Origin: Azolla caroliniana
Taxonomy: Eukaryota; Plantae; Polypodiophyta
Assembly (NCBI GenBank): GCA_043228905.1
Contig: JBHGNT010000018.1
Span: forward strand, 8,494,001-8,558,000
DNA: 64,000 bases
Direction of reading: 5' to 3'
The position numbers were made by a program, and so were the translations under genes. The first letter of the stretch is position 1. Every line of letters begins with the position of its first letter. Positions 52,309 through 62,909 of the stretch are shown here, piece after piece. A model generated the notes under the pieces. That model was given only the letters and a program-made list of their open reading frames with translations. It was not told the DNA's origin and ran no database searches.

Positions 52309-53113
52309 TCTATCACGGATGAACAATTGGAGATAAAGAGATGGGGAAGTTGATGAGATAGGGAGATCGAGAAGTTGATAACAATGAGTAAAAACATCTA
52401 TTCCATGACTGGTGTTGATCTCCTTGATGTTAACAAGGGAGATCAACCCTTTTTATACATGTAGTGATTCATGATAAGCATGCTAATGCCAAGTCTTACA
52501 TATTATAATATCAAGCATACTGTTGGGAGACAGGTCCCTCCGGATGGGAAGGGAGAAGAAGAACAGTGCCGACAAACCAACTCGGCCGAGGCCGAATCGG
52601 TATGAACCGGATAGGGAGTACCCGACTGCGGAGAGCCGGATGGTGCAGGCCCGGTATGAACCGGAGGCTGCCCATCGAGGCTACATTTGTAATAGCCGAA
52701 AAGTCATATTAGTATAAATATGACTTAGGGCAAACTTTTTATGTGTGCTGTTCCTATTGTTGTTATTCTTCCTTGTTGGTGCAAGAAGATAGAGAAGAGC
52801 GTGTAACTGTACAGAGAGAGAGTGAGAGAGAGACGAGGTCGTTGCCTCTGCTGTAACCGCCGCCTGTGGCGAAGAACTGAGAGCACGAGGTCGTTGCCTT
52901 AGTGATCTCACTGTTGTATATACCTACATAGTGACAGTTTGCAGCCTGTGGGCTGCCGTGGTTTTTTTCCCTTATTTTGGGGTTTTCCACGTAAACCTCC
53001 TGTGTACCATTTCTCCTCTTTGTGTTGTGTTACATTACCTGTTTTTCTGTGTATGAGAAGAATCTCGGTTGTGGCCGAGCGTCGGACATAAGGAACGTCG
53101 TGTTCTCAACAAT

Positions 53114-53125
53114 TGGTATCAGAGC
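53114..53125 (+). promoter_or_regulatory. Primer binding site, tRNA-iMet
   Basis: TGGTATCAGAGC 2 nt after the LTR. Confidence 0.93.
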
Positions 53126-53141
53126 GAAATCGACACAGAAA

Positions 53142-56100
53142 ATGGACGAATCGGTATGCGGCATGTTCAAGCTCACCGGCTCCAACTATTCAGTGTGGAA
53201 GTCAAAGATGAGGGACATGCTCGTGGTTAAAGACCTCTGGCTGCCGGTTCAGTTCGGGGACAAGAGACCGGACAAAATCGACGCCGCGATATGGGAGGTG
53301 ATGCACATGAAGACAACGGCGTACATACGGTGCTTCATCGACATGAGCCTGTACAACAACTTCAATGAAGAGAGCAAGGCTCATGAGCTCTGGGAGAAGA
53401 TCGGCATAATGTTCCAGAACAAAAATGCTGTCAATCAGGTGTCGGTATTCCGGAAGCTACTAAGACTCCGGTACCAAGATGGCTCCAGCATGGCGGAGCA
53501 TATGAATGCCTTCCAGGGGCTGATCCACCAAGCAACGTCATTGGAAGTACCTCTTGCCGATGAAGTCCTAGCGCTACTCCTGCTCTGTTCCCTCCCGGAT
53601 AGCTGGGAGACGTTGGTTGTCACTTTGGGCAACGCCGGGCCGGAAGGAAAACGGTTATCCCTAGCAAGAGTGAAGTCGAGCTTGCTAGATGAGGAGGCTC
53701 GTCGGAAAGACAAAGATATGAGCTCCGACTCCAAAGCGCTCCTTACCGAATCGGAACGCGGAAGACATAGAAACCGTAGTCCCCAGAACCGGGAGAAGTC
53801 GGGGACACGGTCAAAGTCAAGGGGGAGGCCTACTTGCTTCTATTGTGGCAAGCCGGGACACTTCCAAAAGAACTGTCGGCATTTCTGTAAAGACAAGGAA
53901 ATCGACGGTACCGATTCGAAGCAAACCTCGAACCGAAACGGTACAGACCGGAACTGTAAAGACCAGAGGGGGCCGGACCGGAAGGGAACGACGGCAATTG
54001 CGGCAAGTGAAGAGGAGTTGATGCTCATCACCGAGGAGAGTGAGATAAACCATGCCGGCGACGAGATGACCTGGGTGGTAGACTCTGGAGTGTCGTTCCA
54101 CCTTACCCCGGACCGGAAATGCTTCTCATCCTACTCAGCTGGTGATCACGGCTGTGTCCGGATGGGGAATGAAGGAACATGCCAAATTGTCGGCATAGGA
54201 GACGTGTGGCTGACAACACCAACCGGATGCAAGTTGTTGTTGAAGGATGTCTGACACGTTCCGGAAGTTCGTCTGAACCTGATATCAGCCGGTCGGCTGG
54301 ATGATGAAGGCTACACGGGTAGCATCCGGAACGGTGTCATGAAGTTCAACAAAGGGAGCCTGATTGTGGCTCGGGCCCGGAAGGTAAACACACTGTACCT
54401 GATGAATGCCCGGTTATGTCCGGAAGAAGTGAACGCGACTTCTGACACTGCCGGTGAGCTGTGGCACAAGAGGCTATGTCACATGAGTGAGAAGGGGATG
54501 AAGAGGCTTGGAGACAACAACCTCATTCCAGTGAAGAACGTGCACTTAGAAAAGTGCACTGATTGTCTGGCCGGTAAGCAGAACCGGACCTCCTTCCGAC
54601 CAAGGCCACCGATGAGACGTAATGCACCACTGGAGTTGGTGCATACGGATGTTTGTCAAGTAGACACGAAGTCACATGCCGGAGCGCAGTACTTCGTGAC
54701 GTTCATAGATGATCACAGCCGGAAGCTGTGGGCCACACCGCTGAAGACGAAGGATCAGGTGTTATCCGTCTTCAAAGAGCTCCACGCGAGAGTGGAAAGA
54801 GAAACCGGCCAGAAGCTGAAGGTGGTTCGAGCAGATAACGGAGGTGAGTACCGGGGGCAGTTCGAGGAGTACTGCCGCTCGAAGGGAATCCGGCTCGAAT
54901 TTACCGTGCCGAAGACGCCGGAACTAAACGGACTGGCCGAGAGGATGAACCGGACCATAATGGAGAGGGTCCCGAGTATGCTAGCGCATGCAAAACTACC
55001 CAAGAAGTTTTGGGCTGAGGCAGTGTCGACGGCGACATATGTGATAAACAGATCACCCTCAGTACCCTTGGACAGAGACACGCCACAGAGGGTATGGACC
55101 GGTAAGGAAGTGTCCTACTGGCATCTGAGAGTGTTCGGGTGTCTCGCGTATGTGCATGTAGCAAAGGACCGGAGAGGAGAGTTAGATCCAAAGACCCGGC
55201 CATGCATATTCCTCGGTTACGGTGACGATGAGTTCGGCTACCGAGTGTGGGACCCGGTCGACAAGAAGGTATTCCGGAGTCGAGATATTATCTTCATGGA
55301 GGACAAGACACTCGCCGACTGGGAGTCGGAGAAGAAGATAATGAACTCCGAGTCGACCGGTAAGGATAGACTCTACAATGAGCAGACCCAACCGGCAAGA
55401 GAATGGTTAGCACTCGAGGAACCAGCCGGTTACGGTGAGGACACCGAACCGGCAGAAGAAGAAGTAGAGGAAGCTGAGACCGGAACCGGTCAAGACCCCG
55501 AATCGGATTCGGATGAAGAGCAAATGGAGGAACCGGTTACCGAAGCCTGAAGACGTAGATATCCTCTCAGAGAGAGAAGGGCGCCCCGGAGATTCCCGGA
55601 TGCAGAGCATGTCCTGCTGACCGATGAGGGGGAGCCGGAAAGCTTCGAAGAAGCGAAGGAAGACACCCACAGCCGAAAATGGTTAAGTGCCCTGCATGAG
55701 AACCATACGTACGAACTGGTGGAGCTGCCGAAAGGAAAGCGGGCACTCCGAAACAAGTGGGTGTTCAAGTTGAAACCGGGAGATGCCGACAACCCCCCGA
55801 GATACAAAGCCAGGATCATGGTGAAGGGGTTCCAGCAGAAGAAGGGCGTGGACTTCGACGAAATATTCGCCCCAGTAGTAAAGATGACCTCCATCCGGAC
55901 GGTGCTGAGTATAGCAGCAAGCATGGATCTCGAGGTAGAGCAGCTGGACGTGAAGACGGCATTCCTCCACGGGGACCTCGAAGAGGAAATCTACATGCAG
56001 CAACCGGAAGGTTTTGTGGAGAAAGGGAAGGAGCAGCTGGTATGCCGGTTAAAGAAGAGCCTGTACGGACTGAAGCAGGCTCCCCGGCAATGGTACCAGA

Positions 56101-57182
56101 AGTTCGACTCCTTCATGACCGATCAAGGGTACCATAAGACGCAGGCCGATCACTGCGTGTTCGTGAAGAAGTTCAAAGAAGGGAACTTCCTGATACTTCT
56201 CCTGTACGTGGATGACATGTTGATCGTCGGACGAGACCAAGGCAAAATACGGATGCTGAAGAAGGCTCTCAATCGGACCTTCTCAATGAAAGACTTGGGT
56301 CCGGCAAGACAGATGTTGGGGATGCACATCATTCGGGACCGGTCAGTGAAGCAATTATGGCTGTCACAGGAGAAGTATGTGACAAAGGTGCTTCACCGGT
56401 TCAACATGTCAGATGCAAAACCGGTCGGATCGACACTTCCGGCAAACTGCAAGTTGTCCGGCAAGCAAAGCCCGAAGACAAAAGGAGAGAAGGCAGATAT
56501 GATGAAGATTCCATATGCCTCTGCCGTCAGGAGCTTGATGTACGCAATGGTTTGTACCCGACCGGACATTGGATACGCAGTCGGAGTGGTGAGCCGGTTC
56601 ATGAGTAATCCCGGCAAGGAGCATTGGAACGCGGTCAAATGGATACTCCGGTATTTGAAGGGCACTTCAAATATGTGTCTCCGATTCGGCTCCGGGAAAC
56701 CTCAACTGGACGGTTTCACCAATTCGGACATGTCGGCTGATGTGGATACCAGCCGGTCTACATCCGGGTACGTGATGACATATGTAGGGGGAGCTGTTTC
56801 GTGGCAGTCGAGGCTGCAAAAGACGGTTGCATTGTCAACCACAGAGGCGGAGTACATGGCGGCTGTAGAAGCCGGCAAGGAAATATTATGGATGAAGGAC
56901 TTCATCGGAGAGCTCGGTATCTGGCAAGAGGAATACCGACTCTACTGCGACAGTCAAAGTGCCATCCACCTTGCTAAGAATGCGGCCTACCATTCCCGGA
57001 CGAAGCATATCCAGCGGAGGTATCACTGGATCCGGGAAAGGGTAGATGACCAGGAGTTCGCACTGACGAAGATCCACACGGCCCAGAACGGGTCAGATAT
57101 GCTGACCAAAGTGCTGACACCCGACAAGCTGGACGCATGCCGGAAGAGGATCGGGCTGAAAAGACACCCCATGCCGGAGTGA
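53142..57182 (+). pseudogene. Copia gag-pol polyprotein in one frame, with two premature TGA stops (54252, 55548) and a 21-bp in-frame deletion near 55690
   Basis: ORFs 53022, 54339 and 55719 share a frame; CCHC, WVVDSG, HHCC/DDE, YVDDML, RNase H; WLSA|LHEN lacks MQDEMDS present in the sister copy. Confidence 0.93.
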
Positions 57183-57190
57183 AGGGGGAG
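57177..57190 (+). promoter_or_regulatory. Polypurine tract
   Basis: GAGTGAAGGGGGAG, 2 nt before the 3' LTR. Confidence 0.9.
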
Positions 57191-57270
57191 TTTGTTGGGA
57201 GACAGGTCCCTCCGGATGGGAAGGGAGAAGAAGAACAGTGCCGACGAACCAACTCGGCCGAGGTCGAATC

Positions 57271-57499
57271 GGTATGAACCGGATAGGGAGTACCCGACTG
57301 CGGAGAGCCGGATGGTGTAGGCCCGGTATGAACCGGATGGGGAGTACCCGATTGCAGAGAGCCGGATGGTGTAGGCCCGGTATGAACCGGATGGGGAGTA
57401 CCCGACTGCAGAGAGCCGGATGGTGCAGGCCCGGTATGAACCGGATGGGGAGCACCCGACTGCGGAGAGCCGGATGGTGCAGGCCCGGTATGAACCGGA
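57271..57499 (+). repeat. 54-bp tandem repeat, 4 copies plus a partial, in the 3' LTR U3
   Basis: Units start at 57271, 57325, 57379, 57433; partial at 57487. Confidence 0.95.
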
Positions 57500-58039
57500 G
57501 GCTGCCCATCGAGGCTACATTTGTAATAGCCGAAAAGTCATATTAGTATAAATATGACTTAGGGCAAACTTTTTATGTGTGTTGTTCCTATTGTTGTTAT
57601 TCTTCCTTGTTGGTGCAAGAAGATAGAGAAGAGCGCTATCGTGAAGATCCGTCACTACGCGCGGATCGTGAGGCGGAACCGCCGGGGTTCTGGACCAGAA
57701 GGATTTAGAGTCGATACAAGCTTTGACGAGAAAGTACTTAAGATAGATTGGGAAAGAGAGAAGATGAGATTACACGATTGATTTGATAACAAATTTCTTC
57801 CTCTTAATTTTCATAATAAAAAAAACCGTGTTTTTCTCCTCCCCCTTCCCTCTTTTATAGATGCTCTCATGCATATGATGCATGTGAGGGTACAAGGCAT
57901 GCATAAATTGCATGTTTGCCATTTGGCGCTTAAGTATTACATGTGGTGCATGCTAACCATGTCACTCATTTTAGCACTCATGGATGAGAATTTACATGTA
58001 AAAGTACAATGATAGAAATATAATTTCAACTAAATACTA

Positions 58040-58093
58040 TGGCTTAATGGTAAGCCATTTGACTCCTAACTTGGAGGTGCAAGGTTTGAATCC
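58040..58093 (+). promoter_or_regulatory. tRNA-like Pol III module in LTR U3 (antisense)
   Basis: A box TGGCTTAATGG, perfect D-stem GCTT/AAGC, loop CTCCTAA, B box GGTTTGAATCC; TTTT at 58131-58134. Confidence 0.72.
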
Positions 58094-60111
58094 ATACTTG
58101 CCCTGCTTGTATATGTAAATATGTATATAATTTTGCCGCCGGATGCCGACGCCGGATGACGTCGCCGGATGCCGGATACCGGTGCCGCCTGCCGCCATCG
58201 GATTGCGGTCGGATCACCGGCTCCATCGCCGATCCGGTTTTGCTTGGCCAAAACCCTTTACGAGTAGCTAGCCACCTCCACTCTAAGTTCAAGTTACCTT
58301 GAACTCTCTATGCTCCACACATAGACACAAAGACAATATCTTTTGCTCCACCTTATATATGATGAGAGCCGTATTTGTCGTGCCTATGTGGGATAGCTCA
58401 CAATTTTCTCTTTTCTTTTCACAAACTTTATACCCTCATATCTTGACATTTAGTTGTCCATTTCTCGTGTAATAAAGTGCATTCGAAACCTCCATCATTT
58501 TGTACTTTAGATATTAAAAATGTTATCTTCACAATTATTGTATTACATGATTCATACTCGATTTTGTACGTTTTATGGGATTTTCACACTATTGCCGAAA
58601 ATCTTCACGACATCCACCCCCACCAAACCGCACGTCCTCCGGTACGTGCCAAGAAGAGAAGAAGTGAGATTTCGGCTACGATGATCAATTAGATTCCTCC
58701 ATGTCTTCATTTTCATCTGGCCTATTATGTTCATCATCGAGGTAATCGAGGTCAGGATCCTTGTCTTGTCTTTTCTTGAAAAGCTTTACTCTTTTTCCCG
58801 CAATGGGTACGGCCAACCTTGATCCGTCTAGTTCCGCAAGGTGGTATGTGGCATTATCGTTGGCACTTGTCACCACATACGGCCCGAACCATCTTCTTGC
58901 GAACTTCCTTGTTGTACTATGTTGATTGTCAAGGGTGCTGTCGTAGACCAAAACCCAATCCCCTTCTTCAATCTTCTTGGGACGAGCTTCACACCTAGTC
59001 TTTCGAAGAGCTCCGTCGCTTCGTGCGCGTCCAACTCCCCTCGGTCGGCCACTATCTTCCCTACACATCCATATCGGCAAACAACATCTTCAAGTAGAAA
59101 TTTGCAAACGGCTGAAGTCGTCTTATTTGTCAAGGCTCGTCCTTCCACTTGATTTGTCAAGTCTTCCCTTGCGAGCGCTAATTACTTCATTTGTCCCACT
59201 CCCATTGGCATCGAGACCAGATCCACCATCCATTTGAAATGAATGGTGAGTGGGTATGTCGGCTTTAACTCATCACGATGACGTATATTTGAATATACTT
59301 GGCAAGTTTCGCATGTGGACACGAAATGGAGTACATCTTTGTACATGCTTGGCCACCAGTACTTCTCCTTCAACTTTTCGAACGTCGCCCATGTTCCTCT
59401 ATGACCTGCCCAAGCACTCTCGTGGAATTCGGTCATTAGCGTCTCTTGCTCTTCTTTCTTTACCACCACTCGACGTGGTATTCCTGTCCTTCTTTTTGGA
59501 TGTCGCCAAAGGAATCCTCCCTCCAAGAAGTATCGGTAAGCTTTCTTTCGGATTCGTAGGGCCTCCTCCTTTGTCAACGAAGCATCTGCCGTCAATGTTC
59601 TTAGGAATCTACCAATGAGTAACCACTCTCCTTCGTACTCGTTCTCGTTGAAGGCGTGGAGGGTTTGCGTGTCCTGGTCTTCCGCCGACAATCGAGCCAT
59701 CTTGAAGAAGTCGAGGGCGACATCTTCATCTTCCGAAACCATGTTACTTCCGTTTGAAAATCTTGCCCTCGACAGCATGTCAGCCATGGCGTTCTTCTTC
59801 CCTGCAATGTGACGGATCTCTGGATTTAAAGACTTGATGTAGGCGATCCACCTTAGCATAGCAAGATCTGGGGTGGCACATACCGAGACCATTCCGAGAA
59901 TTGGGAGACAATCTGTCTCTATTATCACTTCTGACCCGATCAGGTAATCTTTGTCCGTCTTCACTGCCGACACAATACCCCAAAGTTCCCGCTTGACTTG
60001 GGCATATCTTTGTTGCCGTTCGCTGAGAACCTTTGCTCCGAACCGGACGGCATATCGCGCATTATCTTCACCTTCTTGATTGATGACCCACCTGATTCCG
60101 GTTGGGCTCGT

Positions 60112-60840
60112 TGTCGTAGTGTATTTTGTACACTACGTGAAAAACGTATATAGTATTAGATTCAATAAAAAATGAAGAAATAGAAGAAAATAGCAAAATA
60201 AATGGAACATGCATAGGGCAAGATTCGAACCTTGCACCTCCATGTTAATAATGTAATGTCTTACCATTACACTAGCATTTCATTAGTGTTAAAGCATAGA
60301 TGTCCCACATAGAAAGCTAAATTCACGCTAGGATAAACATTAGAAAAACGCATAACAAAAGAAAAAGCTACACATACACATCTAGCGTGCATGATAAAAA
60401 ACGCACAAGTTAGAAAAAAGCATGATCACTTTAGATAAAGCATATAGTCTATCTATAGGAAAAGCATGGGGTCTATAGTTAGAGAAAAAGCATAGATTAC
60501 TAAGACTTCCTCATCACTACATAAGGATGGGGAGCACAATGTAATTGTGTGTGAAAAATATTTGGAAACTGGATATGTTTCTAAAAAACACCAATTAATA
60601 AACTATACTCGTGGGATTCACGAGGATTCTATATCATTCTCTTTCAACCCAAATTTATATTCTTATATTCATATTGATTAATCAAATACAATACACTCGT
60701 GGGATTCACGAGTTTGCTATAACTCTTTCTTACAACATATTTATATTCTTATTAGCCTTAAAACTCTCCTCTTCCTAGTCCAAAACCCCAGTGGTTCCCA
60801 CCCGACTCACGCAAACGATCCGGAGCCGAAAGGCACGACA
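60112..60840 (+). repeat. 5' LTR (729 bp)
   Basis: Direct repeat of 62902-63630. Confidence 0.97.
60216..60274 (-). promoter_or_regulatory. tRNA-like Pol III module in the 5' LTR (identical copy at 63006-63064)
   Basis: Reverse complement TAGTGTAATGG (A box), D-stem GTGT/ACAT, GGTTCGAATC (B box) inside a GCAAG/CTTGC stem; T-run at 60198-60195. Confidence 0.75.
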
Positions 60841-60844
60841 CAGT

Positions 60845-60862
60845 TGGTGAACCCGACGTGAA
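60845..60862 (+). promoter_or_regulatory. Primer binding site, tRNA-Trp
   Basis: TGGTGAACCCGACGTGAA is the complement of TTCACGTCGGGTTCACCA, the plant cytosolic tRNA-Trp 3' end as recalled. Confidence 0.88.
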
Positions 60863-60878
60863 GGCGGGTGGCAAGGAG

Positions 60879-62909
60879 ATGGAGAATCAACAAGAGGCGA
60901 TGAACATGATGATGATAATGTTTGAGCGGATGCAACAAGAACAACGTGCGATGTCGGAGATGAAGGCGGCAGTAGAGCGGCTTCTGCGACGAAACGGGGA
61001 ATTCAACGGTAAGGGTGTGTCACGCTACCTACGTGAATATAAGGCGGAGATGATGCAATATCGGATACCGGAAGGATTGCAAGTGATATCCTTTAGTCGG
61101 GTGGCCTCGGACGAACTACAAGAGAGAATCCACAAGATACAACAACAAAACTCGACATGGGAGTCCTTTGAAGAAGCTTTACGGGAGGCATATGACTATG
61201 AGAGATGGACGGGACGAGATCAACGAGAATTCGACGAATGGGTGGCGTCGGAGAAGACTCACCGAAGTGCAACGCAAGCGTTCCTAGAGTTCGAGCATCG
61301 TTTTGCTCGACTCTCGGAGCGGGAACGAAGATTGGTGGGAGGAGATAAAGTCTTAATGTTCGTAAGATCGATCGATCGGAAAGAAAGGATGGACATTGGG
61401 ATCGAACTCGAAGATGATGACGGTGCGAACGGCCTTACCGAGGATTGGGCCAAAGTCGAAAGGGTATGCCGAAGACATGATGAAAGGAAGCTGAGAATCT
61501 CGTCAACAACGACATGGCCCATGAAGGATGGTCGATTGAGGAAAAACGATGAAGCCAATATGAAGGCCGAAATACAACATGATGGTACCACGGGAGAAAG
61601 AGTGGAACAAGACACCCACTCGTCTTGTGAAAGAACGATGGCGAAGGATAAGGCCGATAATTCAAGTGTAGAAGGAAATTTCGGGATACAAGTGCCCGAG
61701 ACATCGGGTCAAAAAGGGGTAAGCATAATAGATGTTTGCATAATTGATGCAGATAAAGAGTGTGAAGCGGATGTGATTAAGGAGGTAGCCACAAAAGACG
61801 AAATCGAATCGGAGGTGGCTAAGGACGAATCAATGGCGGATTGCCATATCGAGACTTCCCCACCACTGATTCCAGAGACTCCGGCGGTTGCGAACGAAAG
61901 GCAACGTGAGACCGAAGAGACGGAAGGTGGCGGAGAGAAAATGAATGTCGAAGCCGACGAATACGATGAAGAGATAGCCGAGAAGAATGCTAAGGGTGAA
62001 ACTACGAAAGAAGGTAATACCGAGGATTCATGCCAACAATATCTAGAGACTTCGGCGGTTGTGTCCGAGAACCAACGTGAGACCGGAGAGACGGGAGATG
62101 GCGGCGAGGAAGGTAAAGTCGGAAGTCGGTTCGGATGGAAAATGATTCATCCGAAATTCCAATCTAAAAGAAAGTGCGACAATGCGGAGGTCGGGTCTAC
62201 GACGAGAGAAGCGTGTAATACAGAGCACGCTCTACGGCGAATAAAGAAACGCGTGTTATGGCGAATAAAGAAGCACGCGCTACGGCGAGAAAAGAAGCAT
62301 GCATTACAACCACACGAGGACCGAACAACGAGCACATATCGGAGGACCTACGTGGCGAACAACGGAAAGAAGTGCCGAAAGTCGAACCGGACAAGGCAGG
62401 TGAAAACGAAGAAAAGAAAGCAAATCCGGACGAAAAGAAAAGAAAAGAAACCGACCCGAAAGAGCACTGAATCGGTAAAAACCGATCAACCGAGTCCGGA
62501 TCGACCGAATACAAATCGGAAAGGAAGCCGAACTAAACGAAAGACGATCCGACGAGACCGAATCGGAAGTAAGCTAATCCGACTAAACCGAAAATCCGAA
62601 AAGAAGTCGAGATTGATGAAGAAAAGAAAGAGGGCAAGAAAAGATACTACCGCGGATGACAAGGACCAAGCGGGCCATGCAAAAAGCGAACGAAGACTAT
62701 GGTGGATCGGATGTCGACAATGGTTCGGGTGGAAAGAATGGATGTGCTCCAAATGGAGAGACAAAGTCAACATAACAAGAGAAGTCGAGGGTACTACGAG
62801 CCGGCAACGAAACCAATCGGGTAGAGACCGGACGGAGGAGACTAACAAACACCAACAACTTCGGCACATACCGGAGGATGTGCTGGTTTGGAGGGGGCGA
62901 GTGTCGTAG
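60879..62909 (+). CDS. Gag-derived protein: capsid-like N-terminus, acidic middle, Lys/Arg-rich C-terminus (ATG 60879; ORF track starts at GTG 60858)
   Basis: Uninterrupted ORF filling the internal region; FNGKGVSRYLREY..W..FEEALREAY gag-like; no protease, RT or integrase motifs; stop codon lies in the 3' LTR. Confidence 0.85.
   Translation: MENQQEAMNMMMIMFERMQQEQRAMSEMKAAVERLLRRNGEFNGKGVSRYLREYKAEMMQYRIPEGLQVISFSRVASDELQERIHKIQQQNSTWESFEEALREAYDYERWTGRDQREFDEWVASEKTHRSATQAFLEFEHRFARLSERERRLVGGDKVLMFVRSIDRKERMDIGIELEDDDGANGLTEDWAKVERVCRRHDERKLRISSTTTWPMKDGRLRKNDEANMKAEIQHDGTTGERVEQDTHSSCERTMAKDKADNSSVEGNFGIQVPETSGQKGVSIIDVCIIDADKECEADVIKEVATKDEIESEVAKDESMADCHIETSPPLIPETPAVANERQRETEETEGGGEKMNVEADEYDEEIAEKNAKGETTKEGNTEDSCQQYLETSAVVSENQRETGETGDGGEEGKVGSRFGWKMIHPKFQSKRKCDNAEVGSTTREACNTEHALRRIKKRVLWRIKKHALRREKKHALQPHEDRTTSTYRRTYVANNGKKCRKSNRTRQVKTKKRKQIRTKRKEKKPTRKSTESVKTDQPSPDRPNTNRKGSRTKRKTIRRDRIGSKLIRLNRKSEKKSRLMKKRKRARKDTTADDKDQAGHAKSERRLWWIGCRQWFGWKEWMCSKWRDKVNITREVEGTTSRQRNQSGRDRTEETNKHQQLRHIPEDVLVWRGRVS
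62890..62901 (+). promoter_or_regulatory. Polypurine tract
   Basis: GGAGGGGGCGAG abutting the 3' LTR. Confidence 0.88.

Larger units (their letters stand above)
47862..52504 (-). mobile_element. Chromovirus (Tcn1-like) family B, decayed; 3' LTR 47862-48178, 5' LTR from 52311 interrupted
   Basis: gag LPEKFD, protease ALLDSRATSCF, RT start [11 protein letters not shown] (core deleted), RNase H, INT CHD..GHFG..C..C, chromodomain; PPT AAGGGGAGGA. Confidence 0.92.
52521..57636 (+). mobile_element. Young, nearly intact Tnt1-like copia; 5' LTR 52521-53111, 3' LTR from 57193 interrupted at 57636
   Basis: TGTTG..CAACA LTR, PBS, PPT, near-identical LTR overlap. Confidence 0.95.

Noticed and set aside
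54252-54254. Programmed stop-codon readthrough between gag and pol
   Set aside because: Sister copy has CGA here (GATGTCCGACAT near 19293); C-to-T decay suffices, although the copy near 15745 also has TGA
57271-57499. CRISPR-like regular repeats
   Set aside because: Contiguous 54-bp units with no unique spacers, inside a eukaryotic LTR
60216-60274. Functional tRNA gene (apparent TTA ochre-suppressor loop) or self-supplied primer
   Set aside because: No proper acceptor stem, irregular arm spacing, and no complementarity to the element's Trp PBS
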